Shown: positions 22,903 to 34,817 of the stretch, in pieces
How positions within the stretch are numbered: the stretch's first letter is position 1
Layout: each line of letters begins with the position of its first letter
From: Octopus sinensis
Taxonomy: Eukaryota
Assembly: GCF_006345805.1 (NCBI RefSeq)
Contig: NW_021834345.1
Span: 1 to 49,529 of the forward strand
Reading direction: 5' to 3'
DNA length: 49,529 bases
Translations under genes and position numbers: made by a program
The notes under the pieces: generated by a model
Database searches by the model: none
Told to the model about the DNA's origin: nothing
What the model saw: only the letters and a program-made list of their open reading frames with translations

Positions 22903-24245
22903 TCATCACCATCATCATCATCGTCGTTGTTTAACATCCACTTTCCATGCTGGCATGGGTTGAACGGTTTGACTGAAGGCTGGCAAGCCAGAAGGCTGCA
23001 CCAGGCTCCAATATGATCTAGCAAAGTTTCTGCAGCTGGATGCCCTTCCTAATGCCAACCACTCTGAGAGTGTAGTGGGTGGTTTTTATGTGCTACTGGC
23101 ATGGGCAGCATTGGCATCAACCATGCTCAAATGGAGCTTTTTATGTGCCACCGGCTCAGATGCCAGTCAGGCGGCACTGGCAACGACCATGCTTGAATGG
23201 AGCTTTTACATTCCACCGGCACAGGACAAGTCAGGCGGCACTGGCATTGATCGCACTCGAATGGTGCCTTTTACATGCCACCGGCACGGGTCCCAACCAG
23301 GCGGTACTGCCATTGGCTACCATAATGACATTACTTGACTCAACGGATCTTCGCAAGTCCAGTTTATTGCCCAATGATTGAAGGGTACTCTTAAATGGGC
23401 CAGTTATGCTGCACTGACATAGGCCACGGTTACGGTCTTACTTGACTTGCTGGGTCTTCTCAAGCACAGCATATTTCCAAAGGTCTCAGTCACTTATCAT
23501 TGCCTCTGTGAGGCCCAACGTTCGAAGGTCGTGCTTCACCACCTCATCCCAGGTCTCCCCGGGTCCACCTCTTCCACAAGTTCCCTCTACTGTTAGGATG
23601 TGACACTCTTTCACATGGCAGTTCTCATTCATATGCAACACAAGACCATACCAACGTAGTCTTCTCTCTTCAACACCACATCTGATGCTTCTTATGTCCA
23701 ACTTTTCTTTCAAGGCGCTTACACACTGTTCTGTATGCACAGACATTACACATCCATTGGAGCATACTGGCTTCATTCCTTGCAAGTTTACACATGTCCT
23801 CAGCAGTCTTGGCCTATGTTTCACTGCCATGTAGCATGGCTGTTCGTACACATGCATCATAGAGTCTACCTTTTACACTGAGCAAGAGGCCCTTTGTCAC
23901 CAGCAGAGGTAGGAACTCTCTGAACTTTGTTCAGGCTATTCTTATTCTAGCAGCTACACTCTCAGAGCATCCATCCCCGCTACTGACTTGATCGCCTAGG
24001 TAATGGAAGCTATCAACTACTTGTAATTTTCCCCCTGGCATGTGACAGAAGCTGTTTTCTGCTCGTTTCCAGTGTTTATTGCCCCTGAGCATTTGCCACA
24101 TACAAAAACTATCTTCCTAGTTAGCCTTCCTTTGATATTGCTGCACCTCTTATGTGTCCATAGCTTACACTGGGTACATCTTATGGAGTTTCTACCTACA
24201 CCTTTTCTACAGATCAAGCAGGGTCATCTACCTGAAGGGAATTGT
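22903..24245 (-). mobile_element. RTE-clade LINE 3' portion (PHD-like finger, C-terminal domain, 3' UTR, (GAT)n tail)
   Basis: CLICRKGVGRNSIRCTQCKLWTHKRC; RRLRWYGLVLHM; GRGGPGETWDEVVKHDL; tail catcaccatcatc at 22903. Confidence 0.92.
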
Positions 24246-24888
24246 GATTTGTCTGCCTTCCTACTTATTAAGACTTTTAATGAAAATTTATAGAAATCTC
24301 TTTCAAACAGCATAGATTATGATTATAAAGAAATTTGTGGGGAAAGGTTTTTTGGGGATTTTTCCCATTTTTTTAAAACCACAGCCTTCAAAATGATGGG
24401 GTTGTGGAGGGAACATCTTTGTATGAAAAACCTTAAGAAAACTCTTCTTTTTTTCAACCCCACCTCCCTCATCATCCCATTCTGGACCTACTTTGGCCAA
24501 TTCTATTTTTGCACTTCAAAAACTTTTTCAGCACAAAAATTTTTTTAAATCGTTAATGTTTTCAGAGGGAAAAGTGAGTGATTGAAGGGGAATTTGGCTG
24601 TTATTTCTAGCATATCCAAAGACAACTTCTTTGTTTCTTTATCAGTCTTGCATGTATTGATGTTTTTCAATATTTCCACCCATAAATACATTTATAGGCT
24701 ATAAAAAAGAAAATTTGAGAGATTATGAATTTTTTGTAACCCCACTCCCTACCTCCAATTGTTTCTGTTTAGAAATTTAAATATTGGAGAGCCTGAGAAG
24801 GTCATTGCTGGCATTTATCTACAGTGATTTAAAAAAATTACAGAGATGTACTTGTATAGCAAGTGACTTGATCTGAGATAATGTACTG

Positions 24889-25201
24889 AAACAAAAACAA
24901 TTGCAGTATGGAAGATGTTTGTAAACCATTCAAGAACACACAAAAACAGTTAGTTTCACTTCATCATTTAAATTTCATTTGTGTCAAAATATTTTCATCA
25001 CTTTGAAATCACAATCCATTCACTGACAAAACTTAACAAAAGTGATTCAGCACAAAGTTTTATCAGTGAATAGGTCGTGGTTTCAAAGCGGCAAAAATAT
25101 TTTGACACAAATGAAATTTAAATGTTGAAGTGAAACTAACTGTTTTTGTGTATTCTTGAATGGCTTACAAACATCTTCCATGCTGCAATTGTTTTTGATT
25201 T
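24889..25201. mobile_element. Fold-back MITE-like element, ~145-bp arms and ~22-bp spacer
   Basis: 24889-25033 is the reverse complement of 25056-25201 (e.g. caattgcagtatggaagatgtttgtaa / ttacaaacatcttccatgctgcaattg). Confidence 0.85.
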
Positions 25202-26375
25202 AAAAAAGAGTTATGTAAATGAAAATGCATTTTAATAGGATGCTTTTTGGTTATAAAATGTTTTTTTTCTTATACACGCACATGGCTTTGCTTGATTCAG
25301 GTGGTGGTAAAACTTTAGATTACAATTTATTTTATTGTTTTTCTTCCATAGTGGACCATGCATGTGTTACTTCAGCATCATCCTTCCATGAAATGTGTTT
25401 AATAGGAGAAAAATATCAGGAAAACGTCAAAACACATGAGAGGGAAAAGGGAGGGTGGTTTGGGCTGTGCTAGAAACAACAGCGAAACCTCCCTTAAATT
25501 GTTCACCTTTTCCTCTCTAAATATTTACAATTTTTTTTTTTTTTACCATGAAGACTCCTCCTGTGGTTTTTAAGTTAAAAAGGAAAATGGCCAAAATCAA
25601 TCCAGGTTGTAAAGCTTATAGTGTTCCAAGCAGCCATAACAGCAAAATCACTTCTAAATATTTTTTACAAAAATTATATGGGTATTTTTTTAAATTTTCA
25701 TTCAATGTTTTTGCATTGCACATACATTAATAGAATAAATGGTCAGTTTTCTAAATAGAGGATTAAAACTTGAAATTAAAACATTAAAAGAGAAAATGAG
25801 AGACTTTGCAAATGAAAATGAAATACTCCACATTGAATGCAAATTTAAATTTGTGAGAAATTAGAGTAAAAAAATTCAATAAACTTGAGAAATAGAAATA
25901 ATAGGAAATTTCTTAGAACATGAATTTATAAAAATATTTCCGGACGGTCAACCCTTTAATAATTGCTTTCTTTTAGTATATTTAGTAATTTTTACATTAC
26001 TAATTAATAAGTAGATTTCTTTATTATAGTATAAATACTTATTTGTGGGTTTATTATAATAATTATTTGTATTATTTGTATTATTAGAATTAAATTTATT
26101 GTTAATAAATTTATTATTGTAGCATTTATTTCATTTATGAGCTTCATCATTATTATTTTGTATAATTTTAGATCTATAAAATTTTCAACATTCTATTTTA
26201 ATGGAATCATTTTTGAATTTATTATGTGATTTATTGTTTGTAGTTCCAAATTATTGTTTATCATTTATATTATTAATATATCCTATGTTATCTTTATATC
26301 CAACTCTCAAAAGAGCTGAACTATAGTAGTTAGTATGAGAGGAAAAAATATCCTTGTTTACTGAAATCTAAGAAT

Positions 26376-26594
26376 TCAATGTGAAATGCTATGTATGATT
26401 GAATTTATAACTGCACATGTATGATGTGATTTATTGTGTACATAATGAAGATTTTCATTTATTTTCTGGTATGGCTTACAGAAACTTGAATTTAAACTAA
26501 ACGAGACATGCAAGAAATCAGCTGTCTTATGATTCAAACCCACAGTAATCAAAAGCCCAAAATTTTTTAAGAATTTAATAAGTCTTTTTTTGTT

Positions 26595-26600
<6 letters not shown>
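26376..26600 (-). mobile_element. Penelope-like RT C-terminal fragment
   Basis: KTADFLHVSFSLNSSFCKPYQKINENLHYVHNKSHH matches the PLE FLDV.F.L....KPYRK.N....Y.H..SNHP pattern. Confidence 0.7.
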
Positions 26601-26662
<62 letters not shown>

Positions 26663-26664
<2 letters not shown>

Positions 26665-27762
26665 TCATCATCATTGCCTCTGTGAGGCCCAACATTCTAA
26701 GATCATGCTTCACTACCTTGTCCCATGTCTTCCACAGATTCCCTCCACAGTTAGAGATTGGCACTTCTTTACACAACTGCCCTGATCCATATGCATCACA
26801 TGATCATACCAGTGCACACCACATCTGATGCCTCTTATGCTCAACTTTTCTCTCAAGATGCTTACACTTTGTAATGTAGGCACACTGACATTGCACACCC
26901 AGTGAAGCATACTAGCTTTATGTCTGTTAAACTTATGTATGTCCTCAGTGGTCACAGCCTATGTTTCATTGTCGTGTATCACAGCTGTTTGCACACAGGC
27001 ATCATACAGTACTAAGACCTTGGCTCTTGCTAGGTTAACTCAAAAGTCCTTCAATTCTTGACCTTACTTCCATACCTGAAATTTCTCTAGTTCTGGTAGT
27101 GATTCAGTTATAACAAGGTCCTCATCATGGAGGAGCTCCCAGGTGCAGCCTGTCTTAAATTCTTCTGTTATTGCATGGAGGACTATGATGAATAAGAGGT
27201 GGCTGACGACTGACCCTTGGTGATCCCCAACTTGTACCCTGAATTCATTGCTATACTTGTTGCTAATCCTCACCTTACTGACTGCATCCCTGTACATGGC
27301 TTGTACAGCTCCCACCAATCACTCATTTATCCGTAGTTTCCACATTGACCACCAGATAAGGGATCAGGAACCTTGCCAAAGGCTCACTCAATGTGAACAA
27401 AAGCCAAGTATAGAGGTTTATCTTTGGCTAGGTACTTCTGAAGCTGCCTTACAAGAAATATAGCATCAGTGGTGCTTCTCTCTGGCACAAAACCGAACTG
27501 AATCTCATCTAGGCTAATCTTGTCTCTAATTAGTTAGGCTAGACCCTCTCCACGACTTTCATTATTTAATCCAACAATGTGATACCTCTGTAATTACTTC
27601 TATCTAAGGCATCACCTTTACCTTTGTTGCAGTTGGCTATAGTGCTGCTACACCAATCACTTGGTATGACACCTTCATATACAACCTGATAAACTACATG
27701 GGTGACTAGACCATAGCCCTCACTGTCAGATATAAAGACATCGACCTTCAAATTTGTCTTTC
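26663..27762 (-). mobile_element. RTE LINE fragment (RT domain plus C-terminus) with internal deletions
   Basis: DRSNYRGITLLD, HQGSVVSHLLFIIVL, ELLHDEDLVI (decayed YADD), WDKVVKHDLRMLGLTEAM. Confidence 0.9.
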
Positions 27763-28047
27763 AATTCTACAGCATAATTAGTTGGTTAAAGTGACTGACA
27801 CATGTTTCTGCTGCACAGATTATGTGCAGTTGTACATGCAACCCACCATAATCTGCTATGCACCTTCAATCAGGATCCTTCTACAAATGTGGTTCAAAGT
27901 AGTAAGTTTGTTTCCTTATTCTACCCTGTTTAAGATACAAAGGAAAATAATAGGATATATGTTGAAATTTGATATGCTTATAAAGTTTATTTTAGGCTGA
28001 CATCAAAATGACATCAATTCCAGGGCAAAATTAGGATTTATATATAT

Positions 28048-28276
28048 ACTCTTTACTCTTTACTCTTTTACTTGTTTCAGTCATTTGACTGTGGCCATGC
28101 TGGAGCACCGCCTTTAATCGAGCAACTCGACCGTGGGACTTATTCTTTTGTAAGCCCAGTACTTATTCTACTGGTCTCTTTTGCCGAACCGCTAAGTAAC
28201 GGGGACATAAACACACCAGCATCGGTTGTCAAGCAATGCTAGGGGGACAAACATAGACACACAAACACACACACGC

Positions 28277-28280
<4 letters not shown>
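28048..28280 (-). mobile_element. SINE-A 3' half (split from its 5' half by the palindrome insertion)
   Basis: Reverse complement of the SINE-A 3' body with (actcttt)n tail; ends in the central (TA)n. Confidence 0.9.
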
Positions 28281-28300
<20 letters not shown>

Positions 28301-28307
<7 letters not shown>

Positions 28308-28547
28308 AATGAGGTAATCAGATCAGATGGTTCATATTTGTAGATATTTATTTATATATTACATTTTTTACATATATATCATATCATATCATTCGGATTA
28401 GCGCTTTCTCCCAGTCTAGTGGGCTTTTCAAATCAAATCAGTTGTGGGGAGTTTGAACATTTTATAGTTTCGTAGTAGTGGGTGAGGAGGAAGTGAGACA
28501 GAGAAAACATGTGTGTATGTGTATGTGTGTGTGTGTGTGTATATGTG

Positions 28548-28616
<69 letters not shown>

Positions 28617-28840
28617 TTATATCTGAGAGTGAAGAAGTGTTATTTCCATTGGTCTACTGGACCTCCTGTGGTTTTGTAAGAACTTGGCTCTGTCCATTTC
28701 GATGTCACTGAGTGTGTGTTGTGCGTAGGTTGGCCTGACAAATGTCATTTGGGGTCACACTTTCTATGATCATTCTGTGGAGGTGTATGTGTGTGTGCGT
28801 ATGTGTGTGTCTCTGTGTGTCCGTGTGTGTTTTTGTGTGC

Positions 28841-28876
<36 letters not shown>

Positions 28877-29755
28877 TGTGTCTATGTGTTTGGAGAAGGG
28901 GAGAGAGACAAAAAGAGAAAAGGGAAAATAAAAATAATAATAATAAAAATTAAAAAATATAGAAATATAAAAAAAAATTTTTTTAAATAAAATATAAGAA
29001 ATAAAAATATAAAAAATAAAAAATAAAAAAATAAAAATAAGGGAGGAAGTGGAGAAGAAAAAATATTTTTGTGTGTTGATATTTATACCAACACATATAT
29101 ATACACACACAGACTTATACATAAAATATTTGAAGAAACCTTTTTATCGGTTCAAAATGAACAACCAAATTATACCATCTTGAAAATTGTATATCATAGG
29201 AAAGTTGAACCGATAAAAAGATTTTTCAAATATTTTATGTATAAGTCTGTGTGTGTGTATATATATGTGTTGGTATAAATATCAACACACAAAAATATTT
29301 TTTCTTCTCCACTTCCTCCCTTATTTTTATTTTTTTATTTTTTATTTTTTATATTTTTATTTCTTATATTTTTTTATTTTTTATTTTTTATTTTTTTTAT
29401 TTTTTTTATTTTTTATTTTTATATTTCTATATTTTTTAAATTTTTATTATTATTATTTTTATTTTCCCTTTTCTCTTTTTCTCTCTCTCCCCTTCTCCAA
29501 ACACACAGACACACCACACACACACACACACACGCACGCACACAAAAACACACACGGACACACAGAGACACACACACACACACACACACCTCCACAGAAT
29601 GATCATAGAAAGTGTGACCCCAAATGACATTTGTCAGGCCAACCTACGCACAACACACACTCAGTGACATCGAAATGGACAGAGCCAAGTTCTTACAAAA
29701 CCACAGGAGGTCCAGTAGACCAATGGAAATAACACTTCTTCACTCTCAGATATAA

Positions 29756-29808
<53 letters not shown>

Positions 29809-30033
29809 CATACACATACACACATGTTTTCTCTGTCTCACTTCCTCCTCACCCACTACTACGAAACTATAAAATGTTCAAACTCCCCACAACTGATTTG
29901 ATTTGAAAAGCCCACTAGACTGGGAGAAAGCGCTAATCCGAATGATATGATATGATATATATGTAAAAAATGTAATATATAAATAAATATCTACAAATAT
30001 GAACCATCTGATCTGATTACCTCATTTTTTCTA
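28301..30033. repeat. 1.73-kb near-perfect palindrome (arms 28301-29155 and 29205-30033, 49-bp spacer)
   Basis: Arms are reverse complements throughout, including unique blocks (e.g. gtcatttggggtcacactttctatgatc). Differences are mainly microsatellite lengths. Confidence 0.95.
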
Positions 30034-30067
30034 ATATATAATACCTGTACATCATCTCCAAACCTTC

Positions 30068-30124
<57 letters not shown>

Positions 30125-30130
<6 letters not shown>

Positions 30131-30295
30131 TACGACGGGCTTCTTTCAGTTTCCGTCTACCAAATCCACTCACAAGGCTTTGGTCGGCCCAAGGCTATAG
30201 TAGTAGACACTTGCCCAAGGTGCCACGCAGTGGGACTGAACCCGGAACCATGTGGTTGGTAAACAAGCTACTTACCACACAGCCACTCCTGCGCC
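30125..30295 (-). mobile_element. SINE-A 5' half (tRNA-like head with A/B boxes)
   Basis: Reverse complement ggcgcaggagtggctgtgtggtaag...ggttcagtccc...gaaagaagcccgtcgtatatatg. Confidence 0.92.
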
Positions 30296-30604
30296 TATAT
30301 ATTAGGATTTTTATATATATATTAGGAGTTTTATATATATACTAAGTCAAAGTATAGGTGAGTGCTCTAATAGACTTTTTCTTTATATTAAAGGAGATTG
30401 AACAGAATTAATATTAAACTTAATTACATTGATGGAATTCAGTCATATATATTTTTTTATGATGTCCATAAGGAAGGTGCACTTTAAATTGAGTTTTGGA
30501 TTATATGGAAGTTACAGTACCTGTATGTGTTAATAAAAAAAGACAAAGAGGAAGATATTTTAAGCTTATGATTATAACGATATCTAGTTGAAAGATTAGT
30601 CAGA

Positions 30605-30680
30605 TTCGCCAGACCTCAGTCAAATCGTCCACCCCATGCTAGCATGGAAAGCGGACGTTAAACGATGATGATGATGATGA
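30605..30680 (+). mobile_element. RTE LINE extreme 3' end
   Basis: catgctagcatggaaagcggacgttaaacgatgatgatgatgatga. Confidence 0.75.
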
Positions 30681-30999
30681 ATTTCCATATGTATATCCCT
30701 GTCATTCAGCACCTCTCCTTAAAGTATCAAATATTATCCTATCCAATACCTGTATAAAAATGCTTAAAGGTTTTCTCATGGAGATGTAACCATCTCAAGG
30801 CCTGTTCTAGTCTACTGTTAAGCAATTACTATTTCAATGTAAAACTCTTGTACATTTCTTTTATACACAAGTTACATCCCTTTCCCCCTGTTCTATAAGT
30901 ACTGAGTCAGAAAGGATAGGATGTTTGATATTACGATTGGATCTAGTAACCCCCACCCAGGTAACTGATCTATTAGTAATATACATCTTATTTTGTGTG

Positions 31000-31823
31000 A
31001 GTAAGGAGCTTCCACAAATAGGGGATTGATTTTACAGGGATGATGCTTTGTTCACCTTGCATAAACCTACCAATGTTAAAATAGAAAAGTATAGAAAAAA
31101 GTCGTTTAAGTTTTTCAAAGTTTTTCAACAAACACCAGCATGTAAACATTCAATTATACCTATTTATTAATTGATTACAATTATATGTATGAGTGATCCA
31201 AATAAGCAAATGAAATAAGCAAATAAATAAGTAAATACATAGATACATAAAATAAACAAATAAGAATAAATGAGTGAACAAATACTCTTACAGCTGTTTC
31301 TGCCATGAGGTTGCCCAAGCTTCCAAGTTTTCCACATTACACCAGTGATATACAGGGATTTTACAAAAGTTGTAAAGAGGAACCAAATGTTAGTAAACTA
31401 ATGTGTGGGGAAGTAAGGTAAAATAATAAAGTAAAATAAAAATAACAAAATAGAAATAGTAAAGAATGGTAAGAACGTCATTTCAAGGTGATATCATAAT
31501 CCATGGGATTACATCTAATGGTAAAGAAAATCACCTCCAGGAGTAATTTCTGCAGGCTATGAGAGTTGCATGTGTTTCAATTATACTCAACTATAATCCC
31601 TGTATATCACTGGCATAATGTGGAAAACTTGGAAGTTTGGGCAACCCTATGGTAAAAACAGCTGTAAGAGTTTAGTATTTGTTCACTCATTTATTCTTAT
31701 TTTATGTATCTATGTATTTACTTATTTATTTATTTCATTTGTTTATTTGGATCACTCATACATATGATTGTAATCAATTAATAAATAGGTATAATTGAAT
31801 GTTTACAGGCTGATGTATGTTGA
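31000..31823. mobile_element. PLE RT scrap followed by a ~235-bp inverted repeat pair (31125-31360 / 31595-31823)
   Basis: YRDDALFTLHK at 31033. The arms are reverse complements and each carries a (G/A)AAA-cagctg-TA-agag HHR 3' half. Confidence 0.75.
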
Positions 31824-31934
31824 TTGTTTATCCTCTGCATTTTCTTATTTGCCTTATACATAGATATGTGTGTGAGTATATATATATGTATATATATAGT
31901 AGGGGTAGGTGTTTAGAAAGCTCCTACCCCTACT

Positions 31935-32358
31935 GGTGACAAAGGGTCTCTTGCTCAGAGTGAAAAGTAGATTGTACGACGCATGTGTGCGAACTGCCAT
32001 GCTTCACGGTAGTGAAACATGGGCTGTGGCTGCAGAGGACATGCGTAGGCTTGAAAGAAATGAAGCTAGCATGATCCGCTAGATGTGTAATGTCAGTGTG
32101 CATACACGACAGAGTGTAAGTGCCCTGAGAGAAATGCTGGACATAAGAAGCATTGGATGTGGCGTGCAAGAGAGACATCTGCGCTGGTATGGTCATGTAC
32201 TACGGATGGATGAGAAGAGATGTGTGAAGAAGTGCCACTCCCAAACAGTTGAAGGAACCCGGGGTAGAGGTAGACCCAGGAAGACATGGGATGAGGTGGT
32301 CAAGCATGACCTTCAAACGTTGGGTCTCACAGAGGCAATGACGAAAGACTGAGACCTA
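31935..32358 (+). mobile_element. RTE LINE C-terminal coding fragment
   Basis: ERHLRWYGHVLRM...RGRGRPRKTWDEVVKHDL. Confidence 0.9.
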
Positions 32359-33423
32359 GTATGTAAACGCGACGATGGATTTGTTTCGCGCTATGCAGAT
32401 TTCATTCCGTATAGCAAAGTCTTATATTTCTACATATACATTAGGAAAAACCTTCGGCTTTGGTTATTTCATGTTATTGTATTGTATAGGATTACCTTGA
32501 TTTTTAATTTATAGATGATCCAAAATAGGGTGTTATATTTTATATGTCTTTCGTATATTTTTCATTATTGCACTCACCTTGTTTTAAAAAGCAATGTTGT
32601 CAAAAATTAGAATTTTGATATAAATATGTGTATAGCCATGGATATGTATTTGTAAGCATGCGTATCTGTGTATGTGTAAGTGAGCGTATATTTGTGCTTA
32701 AGCACACACATACACGACTGTATGTGTATGTATCCATTCGAACTTGTGTATTTGTATACTTGTCTCCATATATGTCAATAACGCGGTTACACAGCTTGTT
32801 ACATAATTTTTCTTATTTCGTTTTTTCCCCACCCCTCCTTTTTCTTTTTTCCTTCCCCCTTCTTCGTTCCTTTTTCTCTCTCTTCCTTTCTTTCGTTTTT
32901 TTCTCTAACTGATACTGATACAACTTTACGTCCCCCTTACTTAAGCTTTACTCAGTAAATGAGAAATGCTACATCGATGATTTTAACTTGCGTGCGAGAT
33001 AGAATGCGTACATATATGTATGCATGCATTTGTGTGTATATTTTAGATTTATATTTATATGTCTGTATATGTATGGCGTTTGCACGCATCCTTCTGTGTA
33101 TGTTGATATATATATGTACACTTTAATATGAATATGTATTGCAGTGTAATATTTATAATAAGTTTTAATTTCTATGCATTAATTATATTTTCTTCATTAA
33201 CGTCAATATGTATTTTATTCAATGTAAGGTTTTTTCCTCGAATGTTATAATTTTTATAATTTTTATAATTTTTTTATATATATATACATATATTTTTGAG
33301 CTCTTTTTTGTTTATCGCTCGAAGATTGACCGTTATTTCTAAAGGGCCAATCAAACAAACCTTTTTTAAAGGTGTAGCGTTTGTAAGAGTCTAGATTGAA
33401 TTGATATATCGGTTCCATTCTAG

Positions 33424-33473
33424 CAAAAACTGTCTGATGAACGGCAACGAGAAACTCAGAGTAACAGATTTTG
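33424..33473 (+). ncRNA. Minimal type I hammerhead ribozyme (dimer-type), followed by AATAAA at 33494
   Basis: caaaaactgt CTGATGA a-cg-gcaa-cg-a GAAA ctcagag TA acagattttg: 10-bp stem I (1 mismatch), intact core, GNRA loop II, near-palindromic stem III, GUA site. Confidence 0.8.
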
Positions 33474-33519
33474 TTGAATTTTCTGCTGCTTTAAATAAAG
33501 TATATATATATATATAATA

Positions 33520-33586
<67 letters not shown>

Positions 33587-34269
33587 ATATTATATATATA
33601 CATTTACACACACATATATAAATGGACATATGTATATACTCACATTATGTACATTGTATATACATGTGTGTATGTGTGATGATAATTTTTCAAATCACTA
33701 ACTATATAATTTGAAGTACAGACTATTTGTGACAGTCCTGGATGGGACGAATGTTACTGTTGTTTAGCCCCCAAAAAACGTTATTTCCAGTTCGAAAATA
33801 TAAGGACACAAATATTGTGTTGTATAGCCAGCTGGACAACAGTAATGTTTGTCTCATCCAGGACTGCCACATTGTGTTGGCAAACAGTCTTTACTTTAAA
33901 GTACTATTACTGAATATCTCTCTTTGAGAGATTTAAAAATAATAATGTTTCTATATATAATTTGATTTTAATTAAAATGCAAGTGGCCATTGAGCTAAAA
34001 AGAAAATGCAGTTTTAAATTGTTAAATGAGTGGAAACTTTACCAGTGAGTGTGTTAAATAATAAGGCACTAAAAGAGAATGACTATCTCCACACACAACA
34101 AAATATGCAATATGAGTTTCTGTAAGAGTGAAATTACAGACCATATCCCAAAATTAATGGTCATACTTTACATTTTCTGTATCTTCAAAATTCTGTAACC
34201 TGAGGTAACCTTGATATAGGTGGTGCCTGTATATATGTGTGTGTGTGTGTATATATATTTATATATAGT

Positions 34270-34435
34270 TGGAATTTAAAAAAAAAAACAAAAGATGAAG
34301 ACGGGTGTGTAAACAACAAACAGATGTATTAGTTTAACACTCAGGAAGTGAGAAAGTCTTTTATGTTTCGAGCCTACGCTCTTCAACAGAAAGGAACACA
34401 AGTAAGCAGAGAGAGAAAACAAAAAAGGTTTAGTG
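34270..34435 (-). mobile_element. Short interspersed repeat with HHR-like motif, copy 3
   Basis: Reverse complement cctttCTGTTGAAgagcgtaggctcGAAAcaTAaaagac at 34357-34394. Confidence 0.6.
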
Positions 34436-34773
34436 GCTAGCAATCAATTATGGCGAATGCTGGACAGAGGTAGTCAGACAGGAGAGCTAGGAAGAAAGGG
34501 AGATAATAAAGTAGTGGTGATCCTAAAACGAAGGTGAACGTACATGTGCATGTGGATAAGGGCTGGTGACCTTGATGTGTGTGTGTGCATGTGTAGGTGT
34601 GTGGATGATGGTGTGGGTGCTGGGAAGTGGTCAGTGCTAGTGTGTGCAGGGCAGTGTGATGTGGCGTGGTGTGGTATGGTAGTGTGTGGGGTGGTGGGAG
34701 TGGGGTGTGGCGGAGTTGTGGGGGTGGGGTGGGGGTGATGTATGGGGTGGTGGGAGTGGTGTGTGGGGTGGCA

Positions 34774-34817
<44 letters not shown>

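Noticed and set aside
23083-23330. CRISPR-like repeat-spacer array
   Set aside because: The units are degenerate tandem repeats without unique spacers, inside a eukaryotic LINE 3' UTR.
25545-25655. Candidate minus-strand exon with ag/gt boundaries
   Set aside because: Stop codons in all three frames.
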